The notes beneath the pieces are model-generated. The model saw only the letters and a program-made list of their open reading frames with translations, was not told where the DNA came from and searched no databases. From the human T2T-CHM13v2.0 reference genome, Homo sapiens, in NCBI RefSeq assembly GCF_009914755.1, contig NC_060946.1: a stretch of DNA of 64,000 nucleotides; one strand, given 5' to 3'. Made by a program: the position numbers and the translations under genes. Positions 32,655-49,251 of this stretch are shown here, in pieces; within the stretch, counting starts at the first letter, position 1; each line of letters starts with the position of its first letter.

Positions 32655-34445
32655 GTCACAGGTCTACAGCCACTGCGATGTGGGGGTGTGTACGAGGCCA
32701 ACCTTCGCAACTGGCATTCCTCGACTTGATTCTAACCTGGAACCTGAAGCACTTTGCACTACACCAATACCACCCAAGCAGCTGTGGTCTTGATGAGACC
32801 TCACCTTCCCAGGAGAAACATTTGTTTTGCCCATCTCTGGAATGTTTACTGCAGGGCCTGGCAGACGGACTGGGGCTGAAGCTGAGGGTCAGGGAGTCCA
32901 TCCCCCCGCCTGGCTGCAAGTCAGAAGTCTGTCTCCTGATGGGCCACACAGACTGCTGCCTCCTTGCCGGGGGCTCATTCAGGCTTCAGCCGCCTCTGAA
33001 CGGTTCTGTCTGGCAGAGGGAAGGGTAGGGATGGTCTGGAATTCTAGATGCCTTTGGGGGCTGGGGTTGCTGCCTCTGTAATTGACTGGCTGTTTGACCT
33101 CAGGCAAAATGGATGGACCCGCTGTGCCTAAGGGCTCTGTCTCTCATGGCTGCCTCCTCTTCCCACCCTAATATGTTCAATCTCATAACGAGCTCCCTGA
33201 ATACCTCAGCCAATCAATCAAGTCCTTGGCCTGGGGGAGCTCTGGATTCCACGAAGATTCTCTCTCCGTGGGTGGTCTCATATTTTACTGCCACATCTGA
33301 GGCCCCAGGAAGAAGAATATTATAAAACTGGTGCTGCCTGGGGTGGGAAATCCCTAGTTGAGGGAGGTGGGAAGTGTGTATGAGAGAGATTGATGAGGAA
33401 TGGGTACGGGGCTCTTTTGTGGCTGCAGCAGGGGCAGAAGAAGGGGAATTCATACAAACAGGATCTGTGTTCAAACAGGACTGTTTTCCAATAAATCGAT
33501 CCTGTATGTAGAGTTAACGCAGCCAGGGCTTGGTGATGTCCTTCCAAGGAAGGAGAGGTCAGGAATGTCCTGTCCCAGGGACAGCTGTCTCTCCGCAGGC
33601 CACCCCCACTGGGGGTGGAGTGGAAATAGAGAAAGAGATTTTCATGTTTCTGATGCAACATGTCAGTTGCTGATTTGTGGCCCAGGCAGAAGCAGGGAAG
33701 ACAACCAATGGGCTGTGCAGAAAATGAAGGCAAAACACTCAGAGACTTTGCCAGTTAGCAAGAGAGTCACGTGGCAGGCTGGATGGGCAGAGATGTGGCA
33801 GAAGAAAGACCTTGGAACGCAAAGGGACCCAAGATCTGATTCTAGCTCCATTGTTTTCTCCTGAGAACAGCTCACCCTCCTGGCACCTTCCCATTGCCAG
33901 AGGGAGGAACCGCCCCCTCAACCCCAAACAATGGTGCAGCCTCTCAGTCCTCCATGCAATTAGCAAGGTCCAATGAACTAGGAAGGGAAGGAATGCGCTA
34001 AGAGTGATGAGACTCCCTATGCCTGTATGGGGATCTGCGGAGGCAAAAAACTGAGACATAACAGGGCCCCGAGCCACAGGATGTGACAAATGATCCCCAC
34101 CTTTTGCCTCTGAGAACAATAGAGAAGGAGATTTTTGTGGGCAGGATCTGATCACAATTCACATCACTTATTCACTCCCTCATTCAATCACTATTTATTG
34201 AGCCTTATGTGGACTAGGCACCACACCAGGCATAGGAGTAGATACAGCAGATACAGTGGCAGATGTAGTCCTTGTTCTTGGAGAGCTTACATGCTTATTG
34301 AAAAGACAAAAAATAAATAAATAAACAGATAAAAAGAATGAGTACTACGAATAAAATGCACGACCAATGGAATTGAGGATAAGATGTGGGGTGCAGGGGA
34401 GATTGGACTTCAGTTGGTAGAAAAGGCTTCTTTGAAAGACACTGA

Positions 34446-34868
<423 letters not shown>

Positions 34869-35982
34869 TCAGTTGGTAGAAAAGGCTTCTTTCAAAGACG
34901 CTGAACATACACAGATAGACCACCTACTATGTGCCAGAGTCTGCAGGCTTTAAGGAAACAAGCGCAAAGACAACATAGCTAGCTCTTGGTCTCAGGGGGC
35001 TTACTACCTAATGGGAGGGACAGACACAAAAATAGAAAATGACCACACAGAGCATTCACACAAATATCCCCCTCAGCCCACAGAAAAAGCAGCCAACTCA
35101 GTCTGAAGGTCAGGGGTCACCTTCCTGAGGTCACCGTCCACCCATCCATCCAATGTTTGGTACCTAGTCTTTGCCAGGGCTGCAAAGATGAGTGCAGCAG
35201 GATCTGGATGTGTGTGTCTGCCAAAAGGACACGGGCAAGGGCAAAGGAAGTAGGTACGTCCTGGGGGCACCCAGGAGAGAGATGAATGTTCCTGGGTGTG
35301 TCCTTTAATGTACAACAGGCACAGAGCAGAAGACCTGGGTTTGAGTTGGCAGCTCTGGCACCTGCTGCCTGATTTTGGACCAGCCTCTGCTTCCTCTTCC
35401 GTAGATGGGGATAAGAAGATCTACTCACATGTTGTCAACAGGATTATATGAAGACACAGATTTAAGGGCCTCTGTAACCTGCCAAGAATGTGCTAGCAAA
35501 TGAGCTGCTCCCCGATGGGCTGCAAGGGTAGAATTTGATCTCCCCAGGTAAGGAAGTGCGTGAGCACCACTAGCCTTGGAGACAAGCCCAGGTCCCTTTC
35601 AGCTATTTATTTCCAGTGCTGCCTCAGGCCAGTGTCAACCTTCCTGAACCTTGGTTTCCTTAACTGTAAAAATAAGGACATTACTACATCTGCTGTAAGG
35701 ACCCCATGAATGATACCCCTGACACATGGCAGGTGTTTAACTAATGTTCATCTCTTTCCCTCCTGTGCATCAGCATGATGGGTGGAGGGTCGAGGTCAGC
35801 TGGGTATGTCCCTAAGAACATGACAGGTCATTTTCTCTCTCCAAGAGGAGGTAGATGGCAGCATCTGCCTTGCTCTAAATGAAACCTTGCTTGGTGTCGA
35901 GCATGATGGAGACCTTCCCTGTCTAATCCCTGGGAACTCCCTTCCTCTCCAGCATAGGCCTTTAGGGTAAATAAAGTCATCA

Positions 35983-36307
<325 letters not shown>

Positions 36308-36677
36308 CTACCCCTCTCCTCTCTAAAGACACAGCACTATGTCACCCTCATTCCTACAGATGTCTGCAAGTTCACATTCTTCATACCACAGAAAGGGTTA
36401 ACGTTTGGAAGGCTACATCATGCCTTCAGCAAACACTTATTGAGCATCTACTAAGGGCCCAACTGGGGAAATCCCCACAGGAAAGGTAATATACTAAAAA
36501 GTAATTCATGCCAAGGTGCAAGTGACTAACATCTGATCATCCCAGAAAAGGGTTTTTGATGGCATAAGGAGGATAAGGGGATCACGGGGATATTGTGTGT
36601 CTTGTTTGGCAAGGGAAAGTGGAGCCTGTCAAGGTGAAAAGTGCAGAGCACCAAAAGAGAGGCTAAGACCATTTATT

Positions 36678-36935
36678 ATCCATTCATCCACCCAACTACC
36701 CATCCATGAATCCATCCATGAATCCATCCATGAATCCATCCATCCATCCATCCATCCATCCATCCATCCACCCATCCATCCACATATTCATCCATCCATG
36801 CATCCATCCACCCATCCATCCATCCATCCAGCCATCCATCCATCCATCCATCCATCCATCCATCCATCCGCCCACCTACCCACCCATCTACCCATCCATC
36901 CACACATTCGCCCATCCATCCACATATCCATCCAT
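36678..36935. repeat. (CCAT)n degenerate tetranucleotide array
   Basis: Direct reading; it accounts for the IHPS/MDGW ORFs. Confidence 0.95.
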
Positions 36936-37094
36936 CTAGGACATACTATATTCTCAGCACTGTGCTACATAGGCCCTTGAAATTGCACTGAACAAAACAG
37001 CCCCCTTGCCATCCTGGTTTTTACTGTCTAGCCAGGAGATAGTCCCAGAAGAGGAACTAGACCAAATAGTTACTCTGACTCCTGTCTTCTTTAT

Positions 37095-38060
<966 letters not shown>

Positions 38061-38945
38061 TTTTCCTACCACCTGCCCCTTCACTCACGGACTGATTTGT
38101 CCCCTCTGAGCAGCTGCACAGACAACCCCTAATTTCGCTAAGCCTATTCTGAAGATGGCAATTAGCTTAGTGCAAATCTTCAGGAAACCCACACTCCCGT
38201 CCCTTCTGCAAACCCAGGGCAGGAAGTCAGGAAAATGGAAATGAAGCACCATCCCTTCTCCTGCCACCACAGATGGCCTCTCTCCTGTCGAAGATGCACG
38301 TCCCAGGCAGGCCTCCACAGGCCCCAAGGGCTTCCTAGACGTTCTGTAATGAGGCTGGCATCTGCCCAGAGCCCTGCCTCCCCCAGGGCAAGGCTGTAAC
38401 TCAGGCAGAAATCTACTCCACCCCAGGAGTAGCTATTGCTCAAGAAGACCCGTGCATCCGAGGGACTCTTTGGAAAAAAGGTCACTTGGAGGGCCTGGGC
38501 CAGAAAACCAGGTTGTGGAGGGAGAAAACACGACTCACAAGTGAAACGCTGAAACTCCTCAGACTTTGCCCAAGGCAAGGGCATGAGAAGTGATAGAGAA
38601 GACATCAGAGAGAAAACAAAAGACTTCAGGGCCGAGCCTCCCTTTTAAAGGCTTGCAGCCTGACCCTTTCATGGTCTAAGCCCCATTATTTTTCCCAAAT
38701 GGGTAGCCCAGCTGTGTCTGAACACCTGCACCTGAGGGGAGCTCATTCCCTCACCAGGAAGCCCACTCAGTCTCTGGATGACTTTGCCAATTAGATGAAT
38801 TTTCTGTATACTGAGCTTAAATATGTCTCCCTCTTTGTTCTCCCCCACTGGTTCCAGTTCTACCAGGTGGGAGCGTCATGAAACAAGTCCTCTAGCTTGG
38901 GGGGTTTCTAAACTTGGCCTTACACCACTTAAAAAATTCATCTCT

Positions 38946-39253
<308 letters not shown>

Positions 39254-39519
39254 TCATCTCCTGAGCTCCAGTCTAGATATTCTGATTCCATCATTGCAGG
39301 GGAACATCTCCGTGTGGCCTGTCCTGTATCCATTCTGCCTTCTTCTGGTAACAGCAGTTCTATTTGCATTTGCATTGATGGAAGCAAGCCTTCTTTTTGT
39401 GCAGTCCTGGTGGGACTGTCCCAAAGTGCCCGCAGAGCAAGGAGTAGAACAAGCCGGGCTTGTTCTTCCCCAGGAATTTGATTTTTGAACAGAGAGAAAC
39501 AAGGATGAAAGCAAGCAGG

Positions 39520-39703
39520 AGCTGATTTATCCCGAGACTGTTCCTGCCACCTAGATCTGTAGAGGGGCCCAGGGATCCAGGGACCCAATGGCCCCATCTT
39601 TCTGACACTCAAGCTGATGTATCCTGAGACTGTTCCTGCCACCTAGATCTGTGGAGGGGCCCGGGGATCCAGGGACCCAACAGCCCCATCTTTCTGACAC
39701 TCA
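39520..39703. repeat. 92-bp tandem duplication (2 copies)
   Basis: agctgat.tatcc.gagactgttcctgccacctagatctgt...tttctgacactca at 39520 and 39612. Confidence 0.92.
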
Positions 39704-39755
39704 GGTCTCCCTATTTTCCTTTGCTTCTGCAAGCTTCCCCATACATTTTCAATAA

Positions 39756-40057
<302 letters not shown>

Positions 40058-41712
40058 CAAAGTCTATTTCTTTTTCATGCAAAGAACTGTATCCAACACA
40101 GAGGGTGTAGATGGTGCCTGGGAATCTGAATGTCATTGTGATAGAAAGTCTTTTGGGGGCCATGCTCCTAGGCCAACCTCACTGTTTCACATAGGAGAAA
40201 CAGAGGCCAGAGAAGGTGATCCCTCAGCACCAGCCTCAAGACCCCACAGCATCTGCAGAGTTCTTTAGAAAGGCAGCCAAGAAGAGAGAAATTTAGGAAG
40301 AAACAGCACCCATCAGATTTCTCCCCACACTCTCTTCTGCTCAAAGCCATTTCCCCCAGATTTTCTAGCTCCTGTTTCCGAGGGTGAAGCTCTCCCCTAA
40401 GACTCCACTAGGGCGGGGGTAACAACTCTTCACTGTTCCCCCCTCCTCCCCGAAAGAGCTGGGTAGGAAGCAGCAGGGGCACCGGGCCGCTGGATTGGAC
40501 AGCGTGTAGACCTCACGGAGAGGGGTCAGCACTTGAAAAATTCCTCAAGTCAAAGGGCTCGGGGCTTGGGTGCCGCACAAGGCCCTCACTGTGTGCACAT
40601 TGTCTCCCTGATAAAAGGGGCCGGGCCTGGGAAAACGGAGCTGTCTCCAGGCGACGGGGTAGGCTGCTGAGGAATGCCCAGGACCCCTCCCTCCCCCAGA
40701 CACCAGGGCCAGGACTGCGAGGGGGTAGGGAGGGGCAGGGGGTGCAGCGTGGGTGCCCAGAGGGAGAGGAATGAAGTCCAGAGCCCCTCCAGGTGGTGTT
40801 GGGTGGTGTGTTTGAGTGATGGAATGAAGCAAGCAGAAAGTGACAAAACTCCCTTCATTAGGCCCTTCCTATCTCCACCCCCAGCCCCTCCAGCCATCCC
40901 AGAAACCCCTTCATTTCCCCACACAAACAGGCAGGGCCTGCCCTTGTTCAAGGAGAGCCTTAGGGGTAGGGGAAGCGGTGGAGAGAGGCACAAGGATTTT
41001 GTTCCTCAGAGCCAAGTGTCTTCAACAGAGAGTTGTGTGTCTCCACTCTAAGCCTCTCAACCAACTCTAGGAGGAGGGGACTGACTTGGAGTCGGCACCT
41101 CATCCTCACAGCGGAGGGACTGCCAGCCCGCCAGGATCTCGACACCCTCCTCTAGGGTTTCTGGAAGACAGCCCTCCAGCACATCCAGCTGAGCTGAGAG
41201 GCAGGCCAAATGGCTTCCTTCCCCCTGGCTTCCACAACGATTATACTCACCAGCAATTAGTAATTGCAATTAATTGTTAATAACAGTTACCATTTCAGGG
41301 CCTCTTAGGACAGCCTAAGCCGTGTACCAGCTCCACCCATGTCATTATCTCTAATCTTTCCAGTTACCCTTCCAGGAAGATATTCCATGACCCTGCCTTC
41401 CTGCTGAGGAATGTGAGGTTCGGAGGTTGGATTTGCCCAAGGTCACATAACTGAGAAGGAAAACAGGGACCAGAGCCCACAGTACCCAGGCCGTCTGGCT
41501 CTGGACTGTCCCCTCAGCTTTGCTCCCTCCCTCCCTGCTGGTGGCGGACAGCCCTCCTCACAGGCAAGGAAAGCTGCTCTCTGAGAATGGGGTCAATAGG
41601 GGGATCTGGTTTGGCTCTTCCCAGCCAGAAAACAAGGAAGCTCTAAGGCCAACCTCTCACTGGCCCCGTGGTAGCAGAGCCAGCAGTGTCTCTTGTTGCT
41701 GCCCTCCATAAG

Positions 41713-41899
41713 CAGAGAGGCCAGATAAAATCCAGGACATCCAAATTTTCCATCCAATCCAAATTTCCAATGAACAATACATCATTTTGTAGTATAAGTC
41801 TCTCCAAATATGGCATGGGATATACTTAGACTCATTCATTGTCTATCTAAGTATTAACTGGGTGTCTTGTATTTTTATTTGCTAAATCTGACAACCCTA
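41713..41899. mobile_element. MER53 palindromic hAT MITE, degenerate
   Basis: gccagataaaatccagga...tagtataagt...ccaaatatggcatgggatatactta...tttttatttgctaaatctgacaacccta. Confidence 0.7.
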
Positions 41900-41999
41900 C
41901 CCCAAGCCACTGCTGGTTGTGCCAGCTCTGAGTTCACCCCCCATCCTTCCTCCACGTGGCACAGGTGGACGCAGCATGTCCTGATCACCACAGGGCTGA

Positions 42000-42671
<672 letters not shown>

Positions 42672-43994
42672 TAAACTCTGACCTTGAGTCAGAGTTGGTC
42701 CAATATGGGTAGGACCAAACAAAGTCACTCACATCTACATTGAAAAACTAAGCACCCACACTGAAAAACAGCTGTGGAGGAGAGGAACTCGGCACTCTCA
42801 CTGGACACTTCATAACATCCCTGTGAAGTCAGTGGTATAGGGAAGGTGGTGGCATTGTGATCCCACTTTACAGACAAAGAAACTGAGGTACCAAAAGGTA
42901 CAGTATCTTGGCCAAGACCACAGAGACAGTGAGTGGCTGGGACTTCAAGCCCACGCTACCACCTGTCAGCCTAGAGTTCTCTTGAGTATTATCTTCTTTC
43001 CCATTTAACTCTCGGGAATCATGTCTGACATGTGTTAGGAAATCACATCTTTAATATCTAAACATACGGGAAAGAATAGAAAAGATCTTGCCTGAGATCC
43101 CTTGGTGCTTTAAAAAGAGGAAAATATTCTCTGCACATCCAAGGACAATTTCTGTAGAAGGTCCAATTTGCAAACCTGAACTCGTAAGTATGTGTATGGC
43201 TAAAGGAATTCCCTTTTCCCTGGGCACCCTTTAAGCTCTGGCTGCCCGGAGGGCTCCAGCAGGGCGGGGCTGCCTGGCTCGAGGTGGGGCGCCTTCTTCT
43301 GAGGGTGAGGTCACCGGAATCCTGTGCTTGGCTGTGCACTGTAACATGGAGTGCTGCCACCCGTTGCCTCACACTGCTCTCAGACGCTGGGTGTGTGCCG
43401 GGGTGTGAGGCCCCAGGGTCCTGCTCCCCGAGGTCAACACCCTCAGGAGCAGTAGAGGAGGGGCTGAGCTTCAGGTGGGAGAGGTTGGGGAGTGGCATAA
43501 GAACTGCGGTGCCCAGGCTAGCCCTTTGGATGGGCCTGAGCCAGGTCCCAGATGTCAGTAGCATTTGCTTTGATTTTGGACTCAGAGCCTCAGTCTTCCC
43601 TATGTATACAATGAGAATAGTACTGGTGCCCCATACAGTTATTGGGAGAGCTAAATTAGAGAATCTATGAAAGCCATTGAACCCCTGGTCAGGGGACGTG
43701 CACAGATGCTTGCCAAAAGATGATGATGCAGACACGACCCCATCCTCAAAGAGCTCTGTCATTCATGTGCTTGTTCAGTCATTTGACCAACACTCTTCAG
43801 CATCTATCTCGTGCCACACACTGAAGCAGTAGCAGTGGTCAGCAGGAGGGTGGCACCATCAGAAATTCCTTTTACGACATGAGTCCAGTTCAAGTCCCAG
43901 CCCAGCCCCACTTCTGTCTCCTTGAGCAGGTGCATGGTTTCTCCACGCTCTGCCCCCCTCACCTTTAAATGAGCTGACAGTCAACTCCTGCTCC

Positions 43995-44110
43995 TCGGCA
44001 AATGCTTAACAACCAGTTCTCTGGATGGGGGAACAAAAAGCCCTGCTTTCTAGCATTTGCCAGTTTCCACAGTGTAAATGCTCCCACAACAGCCAATGTG
44101 ATTTTCAGCT
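43995..44110. mobile_element. MER63-like hAT fragment
   Basis: aaatgcttaacaaccagttctc...agcatttgccagtttccacagtgtaaatgctccca. Confidence 0.6.
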
Positions 44111-44158
44111 GGATTGAGTCAAGGTGAGAGGGAAAAAGAGAATTTTAAGAATGCCACC

Positions 44159-44548
<390 letters not shown>

Positions 44549-45820
44549 TCAACAGGCATTTCCTACGTACCTATTATCTGCCCTGTTCTAGGCATGGGCA
44601 AATACAGACACCATGTAGAAGTGGGTGGGCAGATAGGTGATGATCATACAGCGTAATAACTCTTGGAAAATCTAGAAATGCACAAGGTGCTTACCAATGG
44701 GTGTCATTAATCCTTGTTTGGTAGGAAGGTGTAGTCTGATATTCTCTCCACCAGATGGATGGTAGCTGAGGAGGGTTTCAGAGGGTTTCAAACCAAGGAC
44801 ACCCTTTTAATTTCTTACCCAACAAATAAAAGAAAAAAGAAACCATTGGGAAGGGTGGGCAATAACAGCAAAGATAGCAATAGATCATTGCGGAAATGGA
44901 AGAGCAGATTTTCTGAGAAAAAGGCTACCAGCAGAGTAAGAGGACAGGAGAGCCAGGGCTCCAGAGGCCACCCAGGGAGGACCGCAGTGACCTGGGGAGG
45001 AACAGCTTCTATTCGCTGCTCCCCCAACAGCCCTCCTCCCCATTCTATCCAGGCTCCAGAGACCTTGTAGGATAAACTGAGGGCAGGGAGGTACACCAAC
45101 TCCACCTGTCTTTTTTATTTTTTGGGTCATGTTAAAGGTTTTGATTTTGAAAATCAAACCTGGGATTCTGGTACATTCTATAGAAATAGTAAAAAAAAAA
45201 AAAAAAAAAAAAAAAAACAAAAGTCCCTCCATCCTCCTTTTTAAAAACAATTTCAAATAGCAGCCTTACAGTGACTCTGGCATCCTGGTAAGTAAAGAGC
45301 CAAGATTTTATACAGAAGTGAATAAAAATAGAAACTCCTCCACCGTGTGTTCTGTGTTCCTGAACCCTAAGGTGAGGTGAGCTTCAGACTCCACTATGCC
45401 CAGTACAAGTTATCCTGCTTGGACTAAGGTAGGGCAATGACATATGCTAACTGAACAGTTACTGTGTGTTGAGCTCCAGGGACATTAGGAAGAGTAAGAG
45501 ACAGGCCTTGTTCTTGCAGAAGAGACGATTATAATACAGATACAGTGTGGTATGTGCGCCTGCATGATGCGCCAGCATGATGAAGTGTGTTTTAAGTTAC
45601 ACAAGGGAGGTCGATATTAACACTGCAGGGTGGGGTGTGTCAGGGAAGAATTCTCAGAAGAGGGGACACCTGAGCAGGATTTCAAACATGAATGGAAACT
45701 TGCCAGGTGTACAAGATAGGGAAGGGTATTCCAGGTAACAGGGAACAGAATGTACTAAGGCGGAAAGGTGTGTTTGAGAACTACAAGTGGCTTACTCTTC
45801 CTGCAGAATAAACAGGACAG

Positions 45821-46135
45821 GGCCAGTCACGGTGGCTCACGCCTATAATCCCAGCACTCCGGGAGGCCGAGGCAGGCAGATCACTTGAGGTCAGGAGTTC
45901 GAGATCAACCTGGCCAACAAGATGAAACCGTCTCTACTAAAAATACAAAAATTAGCTGGGCGTGGTGGCCTGTGCCTGCAATCCCAGACCCCCAGGAGGC
46001 TGGGGCATGAAAATCACTTAAACCTCGGAGGTGGAGGTTGCAGTGAGCTGAGATTGCGCCATTCCACTCCAGCCTAGGCAACACAATGAGACTCTGTCTC
46101 TAAAAAACAAAAACAAAACAAAACAAAAACAAACA
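45821..46135 (+). mobile_element. AluS
   Basis: Forward Alu with (AAAAC)n tail. Confidence 0.9.
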
Positions 46136-46501
46136 ATAAAAGCACAGGAAGCAGAGCTGGAGGCAGAACTAGAGGGAGGGCAGGGCAGGCATGCTTATGA
46201 CTTTGAGGGCAACGATTCCCCCACCACAGGATTATATTAATAAAACGAGATGCATGGGGAGGGGGCAGGCAGGAGCAAAGTGAAACTGGTCAGATTTGTG
46301 TTTCAGAAAGATGACCCTTGGGTAGTCCCATGGAAGGTAACCAGAAGGTGAACTCAAGATGGGAGGTTTCAGACCAGTGAAGCTGCTGGAAAATTCTAGG
46401 CAAGATAAGCAGTGGAGTGGCAGTGGGGCTGAAGAGAACTGAGTTTGATATCAATTAATTATAATTCTCCTTTCCCTTGTGGTTCTCAAATCTACAGATG
46501 A

Positions 46502-46632
46502 GGCTGGGCACGGTGGCTCACACCTGTAATCTCAGCACTTTGGGAAGCCGAAGTGGGAGGATCGCTTCAGCCCAGGAGTTCAAGACAAGCCTAGGCAACA
46601 CAGTGAAACCCCACCTCATTTAAAAACAAACA
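46502..46632 (+). mobile_element. Alu monomer (FLAM)
   Basis: Left arm only. Confidence 0.82.
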
Positions 46633-47290
46633 AACTGCTGATTGTCCCCCACCATCCCAGAGGAGAGCATCACCTTTAGTTCAGACCTATCCGGAGCCAG
46701 GCCTTACATCCTTGCCTAGCCAGGCTGGTCTCCTCAGGCACCCCCAACAGGAGAGAGTATCTTTAAATGCCTGGCCATGAGTTCTCCCAGCAAAGACGGC
46801 TTTGAGACCCTCTATTTCTCCTGAAGATGAAAGGTCTCTCTCCAGGTCACTGGCCAGGTTTTGGATCGTCCTCAAGGGACCCAGGCTGACTCAGAGTCTA
46901 CAAGCTGGACACATCAGGCAGGGAAGAGTGGTATCCTGCAATTACCCCACCTGTCCACAACAAAACCTGATTCTACTGGAAGGCCCTGGACCAGGAATGG
47001 GAAGACAGAGAAACGTCTGTCTTCCTGAGAAGGGCTGAGAAGGGTAGAAAAGGGGGCAGCATCATCGTCCCCGTTGGGGTTGGGGTGGGTTCACTGTCTG
47101 TCCAGACTGCAGCTCCTCTCCCCTTCATTATCATCTGAAAGGGGAAAGAAGGGGGCCCTGTGAGCTGGCTTCTTCCCTTTAACCACTTCCTCCCCTGGGA
47201 GACAGCTCACACAGTGCAGGAGGGGCTGGGGAGGGGGCTGGCCCAGAGGCACCAGACTCTGCAGAACCACCCAGGCATTGTGGGGCTGCC

Positions 47291-47304
47291 CTGCCACCTG
47301 CTGG
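47291..47304 (-). promoter_or_regulatory. Candidate CTCF site
   Basis: Minus strand ggCCAGCAGGTGGCAG is an exact match to the CCASYAGRKGGCRS core; binding not shown. Confidence 0.55.
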
Positions 47305-48780
47305 CCGCTCCTGGTGGCAGGGGACAGGCATTTTTCCGGGATTCTTCAGGACAGGACCGAGACTCTAAGGCAGTCAGCATCAATTTGGAGAAAGCCGGGA
47401 AAGTGTTGCGATTCAGAGAGGTTAGGAAGTTCGTGAAGAATCTAGGATGGAGTTCTGTGGGAGAAGCTGTATGTTGGTGGTAGGAAGTCTCTGTCACAAA
47501 CATCTAATAATTGCAGGGCCAACTGCCAGATGAGTTAATGAGTCTTAGTTTCTTACTTCTCCCCTTTTTCACCCACTGAGGGGCAAGAACACCATAAACA
47601 AAGACTGTTGAGTCCCAATTAAAGTGTGGCCATAGGACGAATGATTGAAATATATTGGGAAAAACTCCTCTGGCCAAAGCTGTGTCCCTACCCTTGCACA
47701 CAGCCTAAAATTCACACACTGGTCCTTCCTGTGGAATAGAGAGACTGAACATCAAATTCAAAATTTAAATGTTATGTCTGAGGCCACTCATTGCATTTCA
47801 ACCTCATTCACTGTTCCCCTACCCTACTGTATACCACATGGACACTGGAGGGACAGAGATTAATAAGACCCAACTTTATCACCCAGGACCTACAGGGAAG
47901 AGTGACCAACGGACCAATGGGTTAAATAAATAGCACAATGGGATAAATCCTAATCCAGACTGCCCTGTATATTTGGCATGAAGAAATTAAACAGGCATGC
48001 CTACAAGGGGCTACTGTTAAGATGATTAATGTTACACAGGAAGGATCACAATAGTCAGCAATAATAATATACACTTATGCAGTACTTACTGTCTACCAGG
48101 CACATCCCATGCACTGTTATACTAACTCAGATCTTAACCCTACTTACATACATTAACTCTATGACATAGGTACTATCATTATTCCCATTTAGGTGCAGTA
48201 ATTTACAAAGGTCATTAGTCACTTCAGGGTAGAGATGGAATTTCAACCCAGATAGCCTAGCTCTGATGTCTGTATTCTTAACATTGCACCATACTGCCAT
48301 TTATTAAGTTCAACCTCCATGCAAAGACGTAACTTCCCTGACAAACAGCTGAGCCAGGGATAACACAGCTAGCAGAGAACACTCAAAATCAAGGTCAAAT
48401 GTTGGGATGAAGAGAGAGAGAAAACTTCAAGGGCCATGCAGGCATTTTGACTACCAGGCAGATGGGCATTGTTCAGGGCAGAGGGCCTAAAAGAAACACC
48501 CCGGCAGACATCAACCACTAAGCTCAGAGCCTAATAGTGATGCTTTACATAAACACATAAGCAGAGACAAACAAAGTTTCATGATAAATACCCTTAAGCA
48601 AGCAGCAACACCTAAGATGATTCACACTGGATCGGAAGACAGGTGATTCACATGACCAATCTGGTTAAGAAGAGGCAATTTCTGAGCAGGAAGCAGTAAA
48701 GTCAGACTGATGGTCTGAATCTGCTGAACATACTTTAATGTTGACTTTACATAGAGTATGCATTAAAAACTATAAATAGC

Positions 48781-49087
<307 letters not shown>

Positions 49088-49251
49088 CTATAAATAGCAA
49101 AGCATAGATTTAATCATTCCCAAACTAAGTTAATGTCTCAAGGAGTGAATGAGTGTATATACATGCACATTGGACTAACAGAGCATCTGGCACATTTAAT
49201 GAATGGGATGCATTCATTTATTCAGTTAATACATAGTTACTTGGTGCCTAC

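Noticed and set aside
36597-36980. His/Pro/Ser-rich repeat proteins in several frames
   Set aside because: Translation of a (CCAT)n microsatellite.
41713-41899. MER53 hairpin as a miR-1302-like precursor
   Set aside because: The arms are degenerate and the segment corresponding to the mature miRNA (atgggatatacttagactca) is diverged.
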